A stretch of 64,000 nucleotides of DNA from Kiritimatiellia bacterium (GTDB taxonomy: Bacteria; Verrucomicrobiota; Kiritimatiellia; RFP12; UBA1067), in assembly GCA_050949565.1 (NCBI GenBank), contig JBMNFY010000008.1, positions 341,488-405,487 on the forward strand, given 5' to 3'. The notes below the pieces were generated by a model. The model did not search any database. It worked only from the letters and a program-made list of their open reading frames with translations, and was not told the origin of the DNA. The position numbers and the translations under genes were made by a program. Shown here piece after piece: positions 13,854-25,230 of the stretch; position 1 is the stretch's first letter, and each line of letters begins with the position of its first letter.

Positions 13854-14822
13854 ATGAAGAAGTCGGTTGTATACTGTCTGGCCGCATGGGCGGTTGTTGG
13901 TCTTGTCTCGGGCGCGCGGGCGGAGACGGTCTTTGCGGACTTTACGGTGCCGGGGCTCGTGCGGCCGGTTCATTATTTCGCGCCTCATGCCGTCGCGCAG
14001 GGGGATGTCTGCCAGACGGCGGTCATCATCGTTCATGGCTGGGGCGACGGCGTGGAGCTGCCGGCTGAGGCGCCGTCCTTCGTAGCGGCGGCTGAACGGC
14101 TGACGGGAGCCGTCCCCTATGTGGTCGCGCCAGTCTTCCCGACAAAGCAAACAATGGCGAATTTCAAGCTGACGGACGACGGACGCGCACGTTGGTGCGA
14201 CTCGATGTCCAAGGCGACGGGCGACTGGTGCTCGCCGACAGATGACTGGCGTGGCGGCGGCGATGCGGTCGGCACGCAAATGAGTTCGTTCGATGTAATC
14301 GACCGGCTTTTCGCGGTGCTCGGAGACAAGGCGAAATATCCAAATCTGCGCCGCGTTGTCCTAACGGGATTTTCGGCAGGCGGGCAGTTTTCCGGCCGTT
14401 ATGCGGCAGTCGGCAAGGGCGTCGTAAACGCAGATGTCCGCATCGACTATGCGCCGATGGCACCATCGACCTGGCTGCGGCTTGACGAAGACGTTTCGTG
14501 GCTCTACGGACTGAAGGATCGGCCGCGGTATGCGGCCGGGCTGACGCGGGCGGACATTCTAAAGAATCTGGCGTCCCGTCGGCAGTGGAACGCCTGTGGC
14601 AAAAAGGATCTCCTCAAGCGTCCGTATACGTCACTGGATGCGACGCCCATGGCCTGCGCGCAGGGCGACAACCGCTACGACCGCTTCCTCAACTTCCGTG
14701 CCTACGTGAAGGGCTTTCCAGATTGGGGTCGTCAGTCGTCCTTCCACACCTTTGAGGCGCTCGGCCACGAATACAAGCGGGCTTTCGCCGATCCAGCACT
14801 TGTCGCGTTCTGCTGTAACTGA
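13854..14822 (+). CDS. Secreted alpha/beta-hydrolase fold protein
   Basis: Signal peptide ending ARA-E; IIVHG; nucleophile elbow GFSAGG; C-terminal LGHE. Confidence 0.75.
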   Translation: MKKSVVYCLAAWAVVGLVSGARAETVFADFTVPGLVRPVHYFAPHAVAQGDVCQTAVIIVHGWGDGVELPAEAPSFVAAAERLTGAVPYVVAPVFPTKQTMANFKLTDDGRARWCDSMSKATGDWCSPTDDWRGGGDAVGTQMSSFDVIDRLFAVLGDKAKYPNLRRVVLTGFSAGGQFSGRYAAVGKGVVNADVRIDYAPMAPSTWLRLDEDVSWLYGLKDRPRYAAGLTRADILKNLASRRQWNACGKKDLLKRPYTSLDATPMACAQGDNRYDRFLNFRAYVKGFPDWGRQSSFHTFEALGHEYKRAFADPALVAFCCN

Positions 14823-14830
14823 GAAAAATC

Positions 14831-15952
14831 ATGCAAACCACATCGAACAAACCTAACCGTCTCCTCTCGCTCGACATTTTGCGCGGTATCGACATCTTTA
14901 TGCTCGCGGGGGGGCACTTCATCCTGCGCGGGCTCACGAACCTCGGTGCGTTCGGCAAAGGCGAATTTGCTGACGCTATGCGCCGTCAACTCGCGCATGT
15001 GCCGTGGGAAGGGTTTGTCGCATGGGATCTCGTGATGCCGCTCTTTCTGTTTATGGCGGGCATCGCCCTGCCGTTTTCGCTCGCAAAATACCAAACCTCT
15101 ACCAAGACCTATCTCCGCATCTTGAGACGGGTCGTTTTGTTATGGATTCTCGGCATGGTGGTTCAGGGACGGCTGTTATCGCTTGACCCGAAAAAAATCT
15201 CTCTCTATTCCAACACGCTCCAGGCGATCGCGGCGGGCTATCTCGTGACCGCGCTCATTTTCATCAACATCAAGAACAACCGCTGGCGCGTTTTCGTTGC
15301 TGTGCTGTTGTTCGTGGTGTATTGGGCAGGCTTTACGTTTTTTGGCGATTTCACCCCCACGGGGAACTTTGCCGAAGCCATCGACCGTGCGGTCCTGGGA
15401 CGCTGGCGGGATGGCGTGACGTGGAAGGACGGCGTGTGGAGTTTTTCCCCTAAATATCACTACACATGGATCTGGAGTTCGATCGGCTTCGCGCTGACCA
15501 CGCTCGCCGGAGCGTTTTCGGGCTTGATGTTAAAGGGCGAAGCGTGCGCCAAAAAGGCTTTGCACCTCTTCCTTTTCGGTGACGCGCTGGTTGTTGCCGG
15601 CCTTCTGCTTTCGTTGCAGACGCCGATCATCAAGCCGATTTGGTCGGCTTCGATGGTGCTGTATTCTGGCGGGATTTGCGCCGTGCTGATGACCCTCACC
15701 TATTGGTATATCGATGTCAAAGGCAAGGGCAAATGGCTTTACTGGTTCAAAATCTACGGCATGAACTCAATCTTCGCCTACGTGGTCTCACACGTCATCT
15801 CGTTCCGCTCGGTTTCGGAGTCACTCTTTTTCGGTTTCGCGCGTTTCCTCGAAAAGCCCGGTTATGATTTCTTGCTGGGGGTTTCCAACGCCGCGATTCT
15901 GTTTGTAATGCTCGTGATGCTGTATCGGAAGAAGATTTTTATCCGCGTGTGA
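14831..15952 (+). CDS. DUF5009/NagX (HGSNAT-like) membrane acyltransferase
   Basis: RLLSLDILRG, HVPWEG, WDLVMPLFLF, PIIKPIWSAS, YGMNSIFAY; multiple TM segments. Confidence 0.85.
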   Translation: MQTTSNKPNRLLSLDILRGIDIFMLAGGHFILRGLTNLGAFGKGEFADAMRRQLAHVPWEGFVAWDLVMPLFLFMAGIALPFSLAKYQTSTKTYLRILRRVVLLWILGMVVQGRLLSLDPKKISLYSNTLQAIAAGYLVTALIFINIKNNRWRVFVAVLLFVVYWAGFTFFGDFTPTGNFAEAIDRAVLGRWRDGVTWKDGVWSFSPKYHYTWIWSSIGFALTTLAGAFSGLMLKGEACAKKALHLFLFGDALVVAGLLLSLQTPIIKPIWSASMVLYSGGICAVLMTLTYWYIDVKGKGKWLYWFKIYGMNSIFAYVVSHVISFRSVSESLFFGFARFLEKPGYDFLLGVSNAAILFVMLVMLYRKKIFIRV

Positions 15953-15959
15953 GATTACT

Positions 15960-16211
15960 AACGCGGGCGGAGCCCGCAACCCAAGCTAATTAGTGCGTTA
16001 GTGCATTAGTTTGTCCGGGGGGTGCTACCCTCAAAAAACCTTCGTGCCTCTGTGAGAGAAAAACAGAACCATGAAACACATGAAACTTCATGAAAACTGA
16101 AGCCTTTCCTTTGCGTTCTCTGCGTTCTTTGCGGCCATTTATGTAGCCATGCCTATTCGATTCGCGACAATTCGCATCATTCGCGGTTAAAACTCCGTCG
16201 CCAACCGATTA
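15960..16211. repeat. Cluster of triple short-repeat cassettes ending in the conserved 19-bp boundary motif
   Basis: AACCATGAAACACATGAAACTTCATGAAA, CTTTGCGTTCTCTGCGTTCTTTGCGG, ATTCGCGACAATTCGCATCATTCGCGGTT, then CTCCGTCGCCAACCGATTA. Confidence 0.7.
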
Positions 16212-16232
16212 CGGGCTTTTTCAACAGCGTTC

Positions 16233-16262
16233 TTGACCCCTATCGTCCCAATTCAGTATAGT
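16233..16262 (+). promoter_or_regulatory. Sigma70-type promoter for tRNA-Ser
   Basis: TTGACC-N18-TATAGT ending 16 nt upstream of the tRNA. Confidence 0.65.
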
Positions 16263-16278
16263 GAGGCCACTTTTTCTC

Positions 16279-16368
16279 GGAGAGGTGGCAGAGCCTGGTT
16301 GAATGCACATGACTCGAAATCATGCGTGCCGCAAGGTACCGGGGGTTCGAATCCCTCCCTCTCCGCCA
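16279..16368 (+). tRNA. tRNA-Ser (anticodon CGA)
   Basis: GGAGAGG acceptor, anticodon arm CATGA-CTCGAAA-TCATG, long variable arm, GGTTCGAATCC T-arm, encoded CCA. Confidence 0.97.
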
Positions 16369-16411
16369 TCTAACCAAACTTGCGGGCGAAAGTCTGCAAG
16401 CATGAGAACAC

Positions 16412-18223
16412 ATGCAACACTCTGATTCCCGTGAGCGGCGCAACCGCAGCCCCCGTCCTCCTTTCCGTCGTCGTAAGCGCCATCCCGGCCTTGCCGAACG
16501 CGAACTGCCGCGCCAGCCCCCCAAACCCAAGGGCGAACTGCCCGACGAATTCGCGACGAGTGTCTTCGGCCTGGTCAACCCCCTTTTGCAGCACGCTGTC
16601 GCCGAGGAAGGTTACCTCACCCCGACGCCGATCCAGGAGAAGGCCATCCCCCATCTGCTCGAAGGACGCGACTTGATGGGCTGCGCGCAGACCGGAACCG
16701 GCAAGACGGCGGCGTTCCTGCTGCCGATCCTGCACCGTCTGGCTGCCAATCCGAAAAAGGTTGAAAACGGTCGCCCGCGTGTGCTGATCCTCGCGCCGAC
16801 ACGCGAACTCGCGGCGCAGATCGCGGACAGCACCGCGACCTACGGCAGGTTCCTCGGCATCCCGTTCGCCGTGGTCTTCGGCGGCGTCAGCCAATACCCC
16901 CAGGTCAAAGCGCTCGGTCGCGGCGCCGTGCTCGTCGTAGCCACGCCCGGCCGTTTGCTGGACCTTATGGAGCAGGGCCACCTCACGCTTGATGCGGTCG
17001 AAGAGTTTGTGCTGGACGAGGCAGATCGTATGCTGGACATGGGCTTCCTGCCCGACATCAAGCGTATTCTCGCCAAACTGCCCGAACAGCGGCACACGCA
17101 ATTTTTCTCGGCGACGCTCTCGCCCGATGTCCTGCGCCTGGCGATGTCCATGGTCAAAGACCCGGTCCACGTCACCATCTCGCCCGACCAGCCGACCGTC
17201 GATAAGATCAACCAGAAAATACTCTTTGTCGACAAGCCCAATAAAGTCAGCCTGCTGATCAGCCTGCTGGCCACACGCCCCGAGATGGAGAAGGTCATTG
17301 TCTTCGCGCGTACCCGCCACGGCTCTGACAAGATCGTGCGCAAGCTGGATGACGCCGACATTCGCGCCGAAGCCATTCACAGCGACAAGACGCAGCGCGC
17401 CCGCACCAATACGCTGGAGGCGTTCCGCAAGGGGCGCGTGCGCGTGCTGGTGGCGACCGACATCGCTTCGCGCGGTATCGATGTGGACGGCATCACGCAT
17501 GTCGTAAACTTTGATCTTCCCGAGGAAACGGAATCCTATATCCATCGCATCGGCCGTACAGCGCGCGCCGGTGCCGAGGGTGTCGCCTACTCTTTCGTAA
17601 GCGCAGAAGAACGCGGCCTGTTGCGCGCGATCGAACGCATGATCCGCAAAGAGATTCCGATCGACACCGCGCATGAATTTCATTCCGAGCGTGCGGAACG
17701 CGCCGCCGGCAAGGGCGGAGCAGACAGCCTGCCGCAGCCCTCTTGGATGAAATCGAAAAAGGATCGTCCTGATGCGTCGCGCCGTCCGGATCGCCGCGGG
17801 CGACCGCCGCGCTTCCAAGGACGCGCGCAACCCGACTTCCGGCGCAGGCCCGATGACGTGCCGCACACCAGCGAGCGTGATGCGGCATCCCGTCCGGACA
17901 AAGCGCGCAAACCCGCGCCTGCTCCGCATCGGGAAAACGCCGTGCAAGCCGACGATGCGCCGCGCTGGTACGACAAACCCCTCCAGAAGCGTTCGAAACG
18001 CCATGAACAAAAAGGCGAACGTCGGCCCGCCGACACCAGGCCCGCTGACCGCGAGCGTCCGCCGCGTGATGACGACATGCGTGGCGACCGCCCCGCGCGG
18101 CCTTTCCGACCGCACCTTGGTGACAAACGCAAGCCGCGGAGCGGTGGTTTCAAGGGTGGTCGTTTCAAGAGCAGCGGCGGTCCCAAGGGAAACACTGGCT
18201 TCAAACCTAGAAAGAGCAATTGA
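16412..18223 (+). CDS. DEAD-box RNA helicase (RhlE-like) with basic disordered C-terminal tail
   Basis: AQTGTGKT, PTRELA, TPGRL, LDEADRMLDMGF, SAT, SRGID, HRIGRTARAG. Confidence 0.93.
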   Translation: MQHSDSRERRNRSPRPPFRRRKRHPGLAERELPRQPPKPKGELPDEFATSVFGLVNPLLQHAVAEEGYLTPTPIQEKAIPHLLEGRDLMGCAQTGTGKTAAFLLPILHRLAANPKKVENGRPRVLILAPTRELAAQIADSTATYGRFLGIPFAVVFGGVSQYPQVKALGRGAVLVVATPGRLLDLMEQGHLTLDAVEEFVLDEADRMLDMGFLPDIKRILAKLPEQRHTQFFSATLSPDVLRLAMSMVKDPVHVTISPDQPTVDKINQKILFVDKPNKVSLLISLLATRPEMEKVIVFARTRHGSDKIVRKLDDADIRAEAIHSDKTQRARTNTLEAFRKGRVRVLVATDIASRGIDVDGITHVVNFDLPEETESYIHRIGRTARAGAEGVAYSFVSAEERGLLRAIERMIRKEIPIDTAHEFHSERAERAAGKGGADSLPQPSWMKSKKDRPDASRRPDRRGRPPRFQGRAQPDFRRRPDDVPHTSERDAASRPDKARKPAPAPHRENAVQADDAPRWYDKPLQKRSKRHEQKGERRPADTRPADRERPPRDDDMRGDRPARPFRPHLGDKRKPRSGGFKGGRFKSSGGPKGNTGFKPRKSN

Positions 18224-18336
18224 ACTTGCAAAGCGCTCTTTGGTTTTCAGACGAGCCGCTTGAGCAAACCGCCCAGCGATAGCCCCTGATTTTCATGAAG
18301 TTTCAGGTGTTTCATGGTTAAAAGTCATCGTGCTAT

Positions 18337-19530
18337 TCAGCGCTGCGCCCGGTACTGCGTCATCGTCATGCCGAAGGTGCGTCGGAACACCTTGCCAAGA
18401 TAACTCGCGCTGGTAAAACCGCAGGCGTGTGCGATGGCCCGCACCGAGTGGTTTGTCTCGGCCAACAGCGCGCGTACCCGCTTTAGGCGCGTTCGTTGCA
18501 GTTCGTCTTGCAACGTAACGCCGACACACGCCCGGAACCGCATCTCCAGCGACCGGCGCGACACGCCTGAGTGTTGCACGATCTCGGGAACTCCCACCGG
18601 GTTCTGCGCATTCAGCCAGATGTACTCCAGCGCGCGCGCCACTACCGGGTCAGCGATCGGGATCGTTTCGGTCGAACGTCGCGTCACCACCTTGAGAGGC
18701 GGAAACACGCGCTCCACGCGACGCGGACGTCTCCCCCGCGCACGCCGCATCAACTGGTCCAGCAATCGCGCCGCCTCAAACCCCATACGGTCGGTATCCA
18801 GCGCGATACTTGAAAGCGGCGGCATCGTGGACCCGCAGATCAATTCATCGTTATCTACCGCCAATACTGCCACCTCGTGCGGCACGCGCAGACCGGCCAT
18901 ACGACAGGCGTCCAATACCTGACGCCCACGCACATCCATCGCCACGAACACGGCGGCCGGCTTGGGCAATGCGGTCAGCCAAGTACAGAGGCGTTGACGC
19001 TCGCGGCTCCAGTCCTGACGCTCATGCGCCGTCAGCGGACCGTACATCTCACACTGATGGCCGACGGCATGCACACGCGCGGCAAACGCCGCACCACGCT
19101 CGCGCGACCAGTTGATATCGTGAATCTCGCCGACAAACCCGAAGTACGTAAAGCCACGTTCCAAGTAGTAGTCGGCAGCCAACTCTCCGATCGCGCGCAG
19201 GTCCGAAGCGAACACGCTGTGACGCTGCAACAGGCCATCGGGCAATTGCACCGCATCCAGCGGATCAATCAACACAGCCGGCACGTCGGCGGCCAGCACG
19301 GCCTCAGCGTATGCGCGGTTTTGGATCACGCCGATCATGCCGGAGCCGTTCCAGCCTTTCAGCGCCGGCAGTCGCTGCTCGCCCGCGCGTCCCTCGGCCA
19401 CATGCAGGCTCCATGGACCGTGGATCTGCTCATACCGCAACACTCCGCGCAAAATATCGCGGTGTGCCTGCTCGTTGGTCTCGAACAGTAAAGCGACCTG
19501 TGGTGGTGCCGATAGATACTGGCGTGTCAT
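18337..19530 (-). CDS. XylR-type regulator (periplasmic-binding-fold sensor plus AraC HTH)
   Basis: VPHEVAVLAVDND..LSSI; C-terminal CGFTSASYLGKVFRRTFGMTMTQYR. Confidence 0.9.
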   Translation of the reverse strand: MTRQYLSAPPQVALLFETNEQAHRDILRGVLRYEQIHGPWSLHVAEGRAGEQRLPALKGWNGSGMIGVIQNRAYAEAVLAADVPAVLIDPLDAVQLPDGLLQRHSVFASDLRAIGELAADYYLERGFTYFGFVGEIHDINWSRERGAAFAARVHAVGHQCEMYGPLTAHERQDWSRERQRLCTWLTALPKPAAVFVAMDVRGRQVLDACRMAGLRVPHEVAVLAVDNDELICGSTMPPLSSIALDTDRMGFEAARLLDQLMRRARGRRPRRVERVFPPLKVVTRRSTETIPIADPVVARALEYIWLNAQNPVGVPEIVQHSGVSRRSLEMRFRACVGVTLQDELQRTRLKRVRALLAETNHSVRAIAHACGFTSASYLGKVFRRTFGMTMTQYRAQR

Positions 19531-19681
19531 GGATTACGCAAAATTACCATAAAAGGGACGCGGTGTCATGTCCTGAAGGCTATTGGCAGTCTTGGACATA
19601 TCGGCTACAATTCTATCGCCATTGAGACAGGAGAATCTTGAACGTTAAACTCAGGAATACGCAGACAGGAGAGCCACGGCT

Positions 19682-22600
19682 ATGAAAAAGACCGTTCTGT
19701 GTGGAAGATCGGAAGCAGGAAAAATGTGCGTCGCGCGAAACGTGAAACGGATGCGGGACATCATAGCCTGCGGTGTCCTCTGGTCGCTGTGCACGGGGTT
19801 GAGTATCGGCACGGCGCGAGCTCAGGATGTACCGGTGACGGAAGTCGTCACAAACGGCACCGTGATTACATTCAACGTGAAAGGTGGTGACACGCTTCAG
19901 TATGACGAACTTCTCACCGACTCCACCACCGCCCTCCACAAGTACGGCTACGGCACGCTTGTCATCACGAACAACAACCAGTCTTATACCGGCCCTACCA
20001 CCATCCACGCCGGCATTCTCAAGATGTGCCACCAGTGTGCGCTCGGATTGCCCGAGGGCGGTTCCGACCAGGCCGCCACAGGGCACCCGATCACGGTGGA
20101 AGACGGCGCGCAGCTCTACACCGAGCAGCCGTGCGTAAATCAATCTTTCCGACATATCCCGCGTCGGGCCGTCTTGTCGGGCAGTGGTCCGGGGGGGGAC
20201 GGGTGCGCTTGTGTGTAACGGCATATCGTCGGCCTCTTGGGCAAACAACGACTCCTGGATGTATTACATCGAACTTGCCGCTGACGCAACCGTACGAACA
20301 GTCAAGTTTCGTTACGGTCTCAATAACACGGATCTAAAAGGGCACACACTCATGATCGACGGCGACGGAACCATCGCGTTCACCGGCCTTCAGAACAAAA
20401 GCGCCGGCACGCTACATCTAAAGAGATGGACGACTGTTCAAAATCCAATGACGTGTGCCGGGGGAGCGGATGGACGGTTTCTGGTTGACGGAAACCAACT
20501 GAACTTCTGGAGCGGCGATCACCAGCTTGTCTGGACAACCGTGTTCACGAACAATGCATCGGCGAGCGCAAATGGAACATGGACCAGCGGGGGACGAAAC
20601 ACGCTGCAGGGACCGGTCGTTTTCGCGGGGCCGACAGCGTTCTATCAGCAAAACGCCACGGCCGACCACTCCTTCAAGATCACGGGGCCCATTTCTGGTC
20701 CGGGCAAGATGACCGTGAGCGGGACGCGCCTTGAGGTCGTGTTGAATAATACAGCGAACACGTTCACCGGGCAGGTGGCGATTGCAAGCGGCGTCTTGAG
20801 GGCCGAAACGCCGCAGACGCTGCCCGATTACGACCAGACGTCGAAGGTCACCCTGAGCTCGGGATCGGCCACGCTGCGTTTGCCTGTGGGTGAGGGCGGC
20901 TGGGACGCGGCGAGCTACAATGCAGCCGTTTCGGCTGTGACGTACGCAAGCGACGGCGGCGGACGCGTTCTGGCCTGGACGGATGCGGGCGTGACGACCG
21001 AATGGGACGCGGCGACAGCGTTCTCCGGTCCCTTCCTCGCGCACGGTGGCGCGGGGAGCCTGTCGTTCGCCGGAACCGTGCCGAATGATGCCTCTACAAA
21101 GATCCAGAACTGGGGCGGCACGTTGACATTGACGGGCAACCGTACACGCTACATGAAAAATCTTCGGGCCATTGCCGGCACACTGATTCTCGACGATGCC
21201 GGCACCCTTTATTCGTGGGACGTGAACGAGAACGCTGCAGGCGCATGGCACCGGGTGGGCGGATTGGGGTCGTCAACCATCGACGGTTTGGTGCTCACGG
21301 CACCGACGCGCCTTGTCATGAAAAGTGGATCGACGATCATCGGCCCCATGGCGTATTCAGGGAAGGTGGGCGTGTCCCTCTTCATCGGCGAACGCGGGAA
21401 GCAAGGCGCCATTTTCGAGATCCAGAAGGGCGCGGTGTTCACGAACAAGGTCACTGTAGGCTATGACGTTTCCGAAAAAGGTGCCGTCCATCAGTTCGGC
21501 GGCGAGGTCTACAACACCACCGACGGCGGTCATGACACCTATCTGGGGCGGGCGCAGGATTCGTACGGCTACTACGGACTCTATGGCGGGCACTACGCAC
21601 TCCGCAACTGGTTCGGGCTGGGACACGACATCGCCTCGACAGGCGTCTTCGAGCAGCGGGGCGGTGTCTGTGAATTCGCAAGCATGTGCGTCGGGCGTGG
21701 CGGCTGGTCGTCCTTCCTGATGGCGGGTGGCGAGGTGCGCGGTAGTGTGCTCACTGTCGGCAACCAGTTCTACGGCAATCCAGGAGGAGGAGGCATGGCC
21801 ACCTTCACGATGGCGGGCGGCGATGCGTACATGACACTCAGCGGGAGCCTAGCGTTGAACGAGCGCACGAATGATTTCACGTCCGTCGCGAATCTCAACG
21901 CGGGCGTGATCGAGACACCGAAGATTGAGTGGAGCACCCGTTACCTCACCAACCGCAAGGACAAGAACAATACGCATACCTATCTGAACTTCAACGGCGG
22001 CACGTGGAAGGCCACGCAAGACACCACCGCCCCATTCGGCGTAGGCGACTCGCTGGTGGAGCGCGTGACCGTGTTCCCAGGCGGCATCGGCGTGGACACG
22101 GCCGGAAAGAACGTCACGCTCAACTCGGGACTGCTGCGACCGGAAGGGCGCGGCGTCGCCTCAATCACATTGCCGTCAGACATGGACAAGACCGGCTATG
22201 TCGGTTCGCCCGACGTGCGCATCACGGGCGGCGGCGGTACAGGCGCGACGGCATTCGCGCTCTACAACCCGCAAACGCTCTCCGTCACGGGCGTTGTCGT
22301 GACCTGCGCGGGTTGGGGCTATACGAGTGCACCTACGGTGATGATCCCCTCGGGCGACCGCACCACCAATACCACGTTCACGGCCGTCCTCACAGCGGCG
22401 GACCAGACTGCGGGTGGCATCACGAAGAAAGGCGCGGGCACGCTCACGCTCGCGTGTACCAACCAACTCGACGGCCCCACCGTAGTGCAGGCGGGCACGC
22501 TGGCCGTGGCAGATGCGAAGGCGCTGCCGCTGGCGGCCGACCTGACGCTGGGCGCCGGCGCGGTCTTGGACAACACCTGCGGCACCCTGCTCACATTCAC

Positions 22601-22934
22601 TCCTGCCACGCTGACGGGACTGGGCGGCGAACTGAAGGGTGCGAACCTCACGGTGGGTTCGACTTGGATGCTGCCTGCGGACGACCTCGCTACCAACGCG
22701 GTCATGACGCTGAATGGCGCACTGTCATTCGCGGACGGCGCGGTTGTGAGCGTGTCGGGCGAGGCATCGCTCGCGACCAAGACGCACGTCTTGGTGAGGA
22801 CGACAGGCGGTATCACGGGAATGCCCGACCTCGACCTTACGACACTGAATAACGACAAGTATTGGCAACTCGCCCGCGACGGCAACAACCTAGCGCTGAT
22901 CTATGCGGCAGGTACACTGATAATGCTACGGTAG
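19682..22934 (+). pseudogene. Secreted autotransporter-associated beta-strand-repeat protein split by a frameshift at a G8 tract
   Basis: ORF 19682-20218 (signal peptide, KYGYGTLVI..YTGPTTIHAGIL) and ORF 20184-22934 (KKGAGTLTL..DGPTVVQAGTL) join into about 1083 aa if G8 at 20191-20198 is G7. Confidence 0.8.
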
Positions 22935-22939
22935 AGGCC

Positions 22940-23770
22940 ATGGCCGACTTTTCACCAGAAACCTCGATCTGGAGGGCTGTGGCTTGCGCTTTGCTTGCCG
23001 GCGCGGCGTTGCTCGGATTCGCCGCCGATACCACTATCGTATCGCGTCAGGCGGATCTCGTCGCGAATCGTACACCCGGCATCTGGCCTGTTGTCAGTCA
23101 CGCGACGGACCGTCTCCCGCGCCGCGTTGTGGTCGGCCTCTTCAACTGGGAGAACACGGAGAAGCGCTTCGACGTGCCTCTTGTTGCGTTGGGACTGCCT
23201 GAAGCGGGCACCTACATCGCGTTCGACCTCTGGCGCAACGCGCTCACCCCGCCCTTTCAAGGCCGCCTCGTCCACACACTTCAGCCGCAGGGCAGTACCG
23301 TGCTGACCGTGCGTCCGGTGCTCGACCGCCCGCAACTCATCGCCACCTCGCGCCACATCAAACAAGGACTGCTTGATGTCACTACCGAGCGTTGGGATGC
23401 CACCACACGCACCCTCTCAGGGGTCAGCGAAACAGTCGCTGGCGACCGTTATGAGCTATGCATCCTCACCTACACAAACGATGCCGCCGCGCCGGGGCAT
23501 CCCGCGCGCGGCTTCGTAGTAGAATCCGCCGGCATCACCGGTGCCAACGGTTATGAGCTGGTCATCGCGCCCGGCGATGGCGTTGCGATGCGCCCGGATG
23601 ACGCCTACGCCAACCCCAACACGCCGGACGCCCCGATGACAACACTGTACGAGCCGGTGGCTGAAAAAGGGCTCGTACGCTTTGCCTTTATCAGTGGAAG
23701 CGGCGGCTCGGTCTCGTGGCGCGTCACTTTCTCTGACCGCCCCGCACCGGCCGCCGCCGATCTCCGTTGA
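22940..23770 (+). CDS. Secreted protein resembling the C-terminal beta-domains of alpha-galactosidase-like hydrolases, with no catalytic barrel
   Basis: ATG at 22940, signal peptide, then VVGLFNW..LGL..YIAFDLW..RPQLIATSRHIKQG. Confidence 0.55.
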   Translation: MADFSPETSIWRAVACALLAGAALLGFAADTTIVSRQADLVANRTPGIWPVVSHATDRLPRRVVVGLFNWENTEKRFDVPLVALGLPEAGTYIAFDLWRNALTPPFQGRLVHTLQPQGSTVLTVRPVLDRPQLIATSRHIKQGLLDVTTERWDATTRTLSGVSETVAGDRYELCILTYTNDAAAPGHPARGFVVESAGITGANGYELVIAPGDGVAMRPDDAYANPNTPDAPMTTLYEPVAEKGLVRFAFISGSGGSVSWRVTFSDRPAPAAADLR

Positions 23771-23772
23771 AC

Positions 23773-25068
23773 TTAGAGTTCGCGGATGTAGATGTTCTTG
23801 AACTCAATCGGATCGCCGTGGCACTGCAACTCGATCTGCTCCTTGGGGAAGATCGGCTGATTGCGATCCCAGTAGTTCTCCAAGACCGTGTTGTCCACGA
23901 CCAGCACATCGTTCAACTTGACCGTCACCTTGTCGCCGACCATCTTGATGTAGAAGGTGTTCCAGTCGCCGATCTGACGGTCGGCAATCGCGAGCGCCTT
24001 GCTCGGATTATTCTTGTTGTTGTACAGACCGCCGGAGCCGATGTTCCACTGGTTGTGCGGATCCCAGATTTGCACTTGCGGCGAACCGCGCAGGTAGAGT
24101 CCGCTGTCGCCGCGCACGGTCAACAGCCGCCAGTCAACCCACATCTCGAAATCGCCGTAGTCCTTGGCCGTGGCCAGGCTATACCCTTTGCCGTCAAAGT
24201 AGAGCGTGCCGCCATCGCGCACATGCCAGCTCTTGCGCATCTCCTCGTCGGCCTTCACCTGCATCTCGGCGCGCTTCTCGGGCGAAGCCTTCTGACGGAC
24301 GATCGGATTGTCAAACTTCTCAGCGCGGGTCACGCCCTTCCAGTTCGTCAGGTCCTTGCCATTGAACAGTGCGGTGAATCCGGGCGGCGGCGTATTGTCG
24401 GTCGGCTTCACCACCTTGTAATCAGCCGGGACCTCTTTGATACGGATATTGCGCCAGTCCACGCGTGTACCGTGTCCCAGCCAGCCGATATGCCCCTTGG
24501 CATTGTGCAGGCCGGGATGCGGCCTCTTGTCCATCGTCTCTGTGATGGTGGAGAGATCGGCATCCACAATCACCTCGCCGTTCAGGATCACCGTGATTCT
24601 TGATCCAATCGCGCGGACCTCCTGAACATTCCACTGGCCGACCTTTTTCTGGAAACCGCGTTTGGCTGGCACCACGCCATAGATCGAGCCGTGGTACTGA
24701 TACGGTTGCAGCTTGGTGTACTGCGGTCCCGAATCATCAAGAATCTGCAATTCCATCGCGTTGTAGGCCGCATCCCCCCCCAACGGCGCACGAACGGCCA
24801 GCCCGTTATTGGAGTTGGTGTACAGCAGAAATTCGAAACGCAGAATGAAGTTGTCGTACTCCTTGGCGGACATCAGCTTGCCACCCTTTTTCGGATTACA
24901 GTAGAGAATTCCGTTCTCCACATTGTACCCGTCGGTCGCGCCGACCCATCCGGTCAAATCCTTGCCGTTGAACAGCGAGACGAAACCTTCCTCGAGAGCC
25001 GGTCCGTCCGCGTGCATCGTCCAGACGCCCGCCAACGTAACCGCGCATGCTACGAACAGATGCTTCAT
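23773..25068 (-). CDS. Tandem DUF1080 (3-keto-disaccharide hydrolase) protein
   Basis: Two domains starting GFVSLFNGKDLTGW and GFTALFNGKDLTNW, ending WRNIRIKE and FKNIYIRE; signal peptide. Confidence 0.9.
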   Translation of the reverse strand: MKHLFVACAVTLAGVWTMHADGPALEEGFVSLFNGKDLTGWVGATDGYNVENGILYCNPKKGGKLMSAKEYDNFILRFEFLLYTNSNNGLAVRAPLGGDAAYNAMELQILDDSGPQYTKLQPYQYHGSIYGVVPAKRGFQKKVGQWNVQEVRAIGSRITVILNGEVIVDADLSTITETMDKRPHPGLHNAKGHIGWLGHGTRVDWRNIRIKEVPADYKVVKPTDNTPPPGFTALFNGKDLTNWKGVTRAEKFDNPIVRQKASPEKRAEMQVKADEEMRKSWHVRDGGTLYFDGKGYSLATAKDYGDFEMWVDWRLLTVRGDSGLYLRGSPQVQIWDPHNQWNIGSGGLYNNKNNPSKALAIADRQIGDWNTFYIKMVGDKVTVKLNDVLVVDNTVLENYWDRNQPIFPKEQIELQCHGDPIEFKNIYIREL

Positions 25069-25230
25069 GTGTTTGTGCCCCTTTTCTCGTTTTACTGGCA
25101 GGAGCTCCTGCCATCACTTTTACCTACCCATTAAAATCGAATACCCGCCGAAAAGCAATACACGTTTTTTACCGTCGCCTTTCCCGAATTGCAATCAGCG
25201 CTTTCATGATGTCGTCCATGCCGTCGCTGC

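Noticed and set aside
16279-16411. tRNA-Ser as integration site of a genomic island
   Set aside because: No integrase and no duplicated tRNA 3' end noticed in the window
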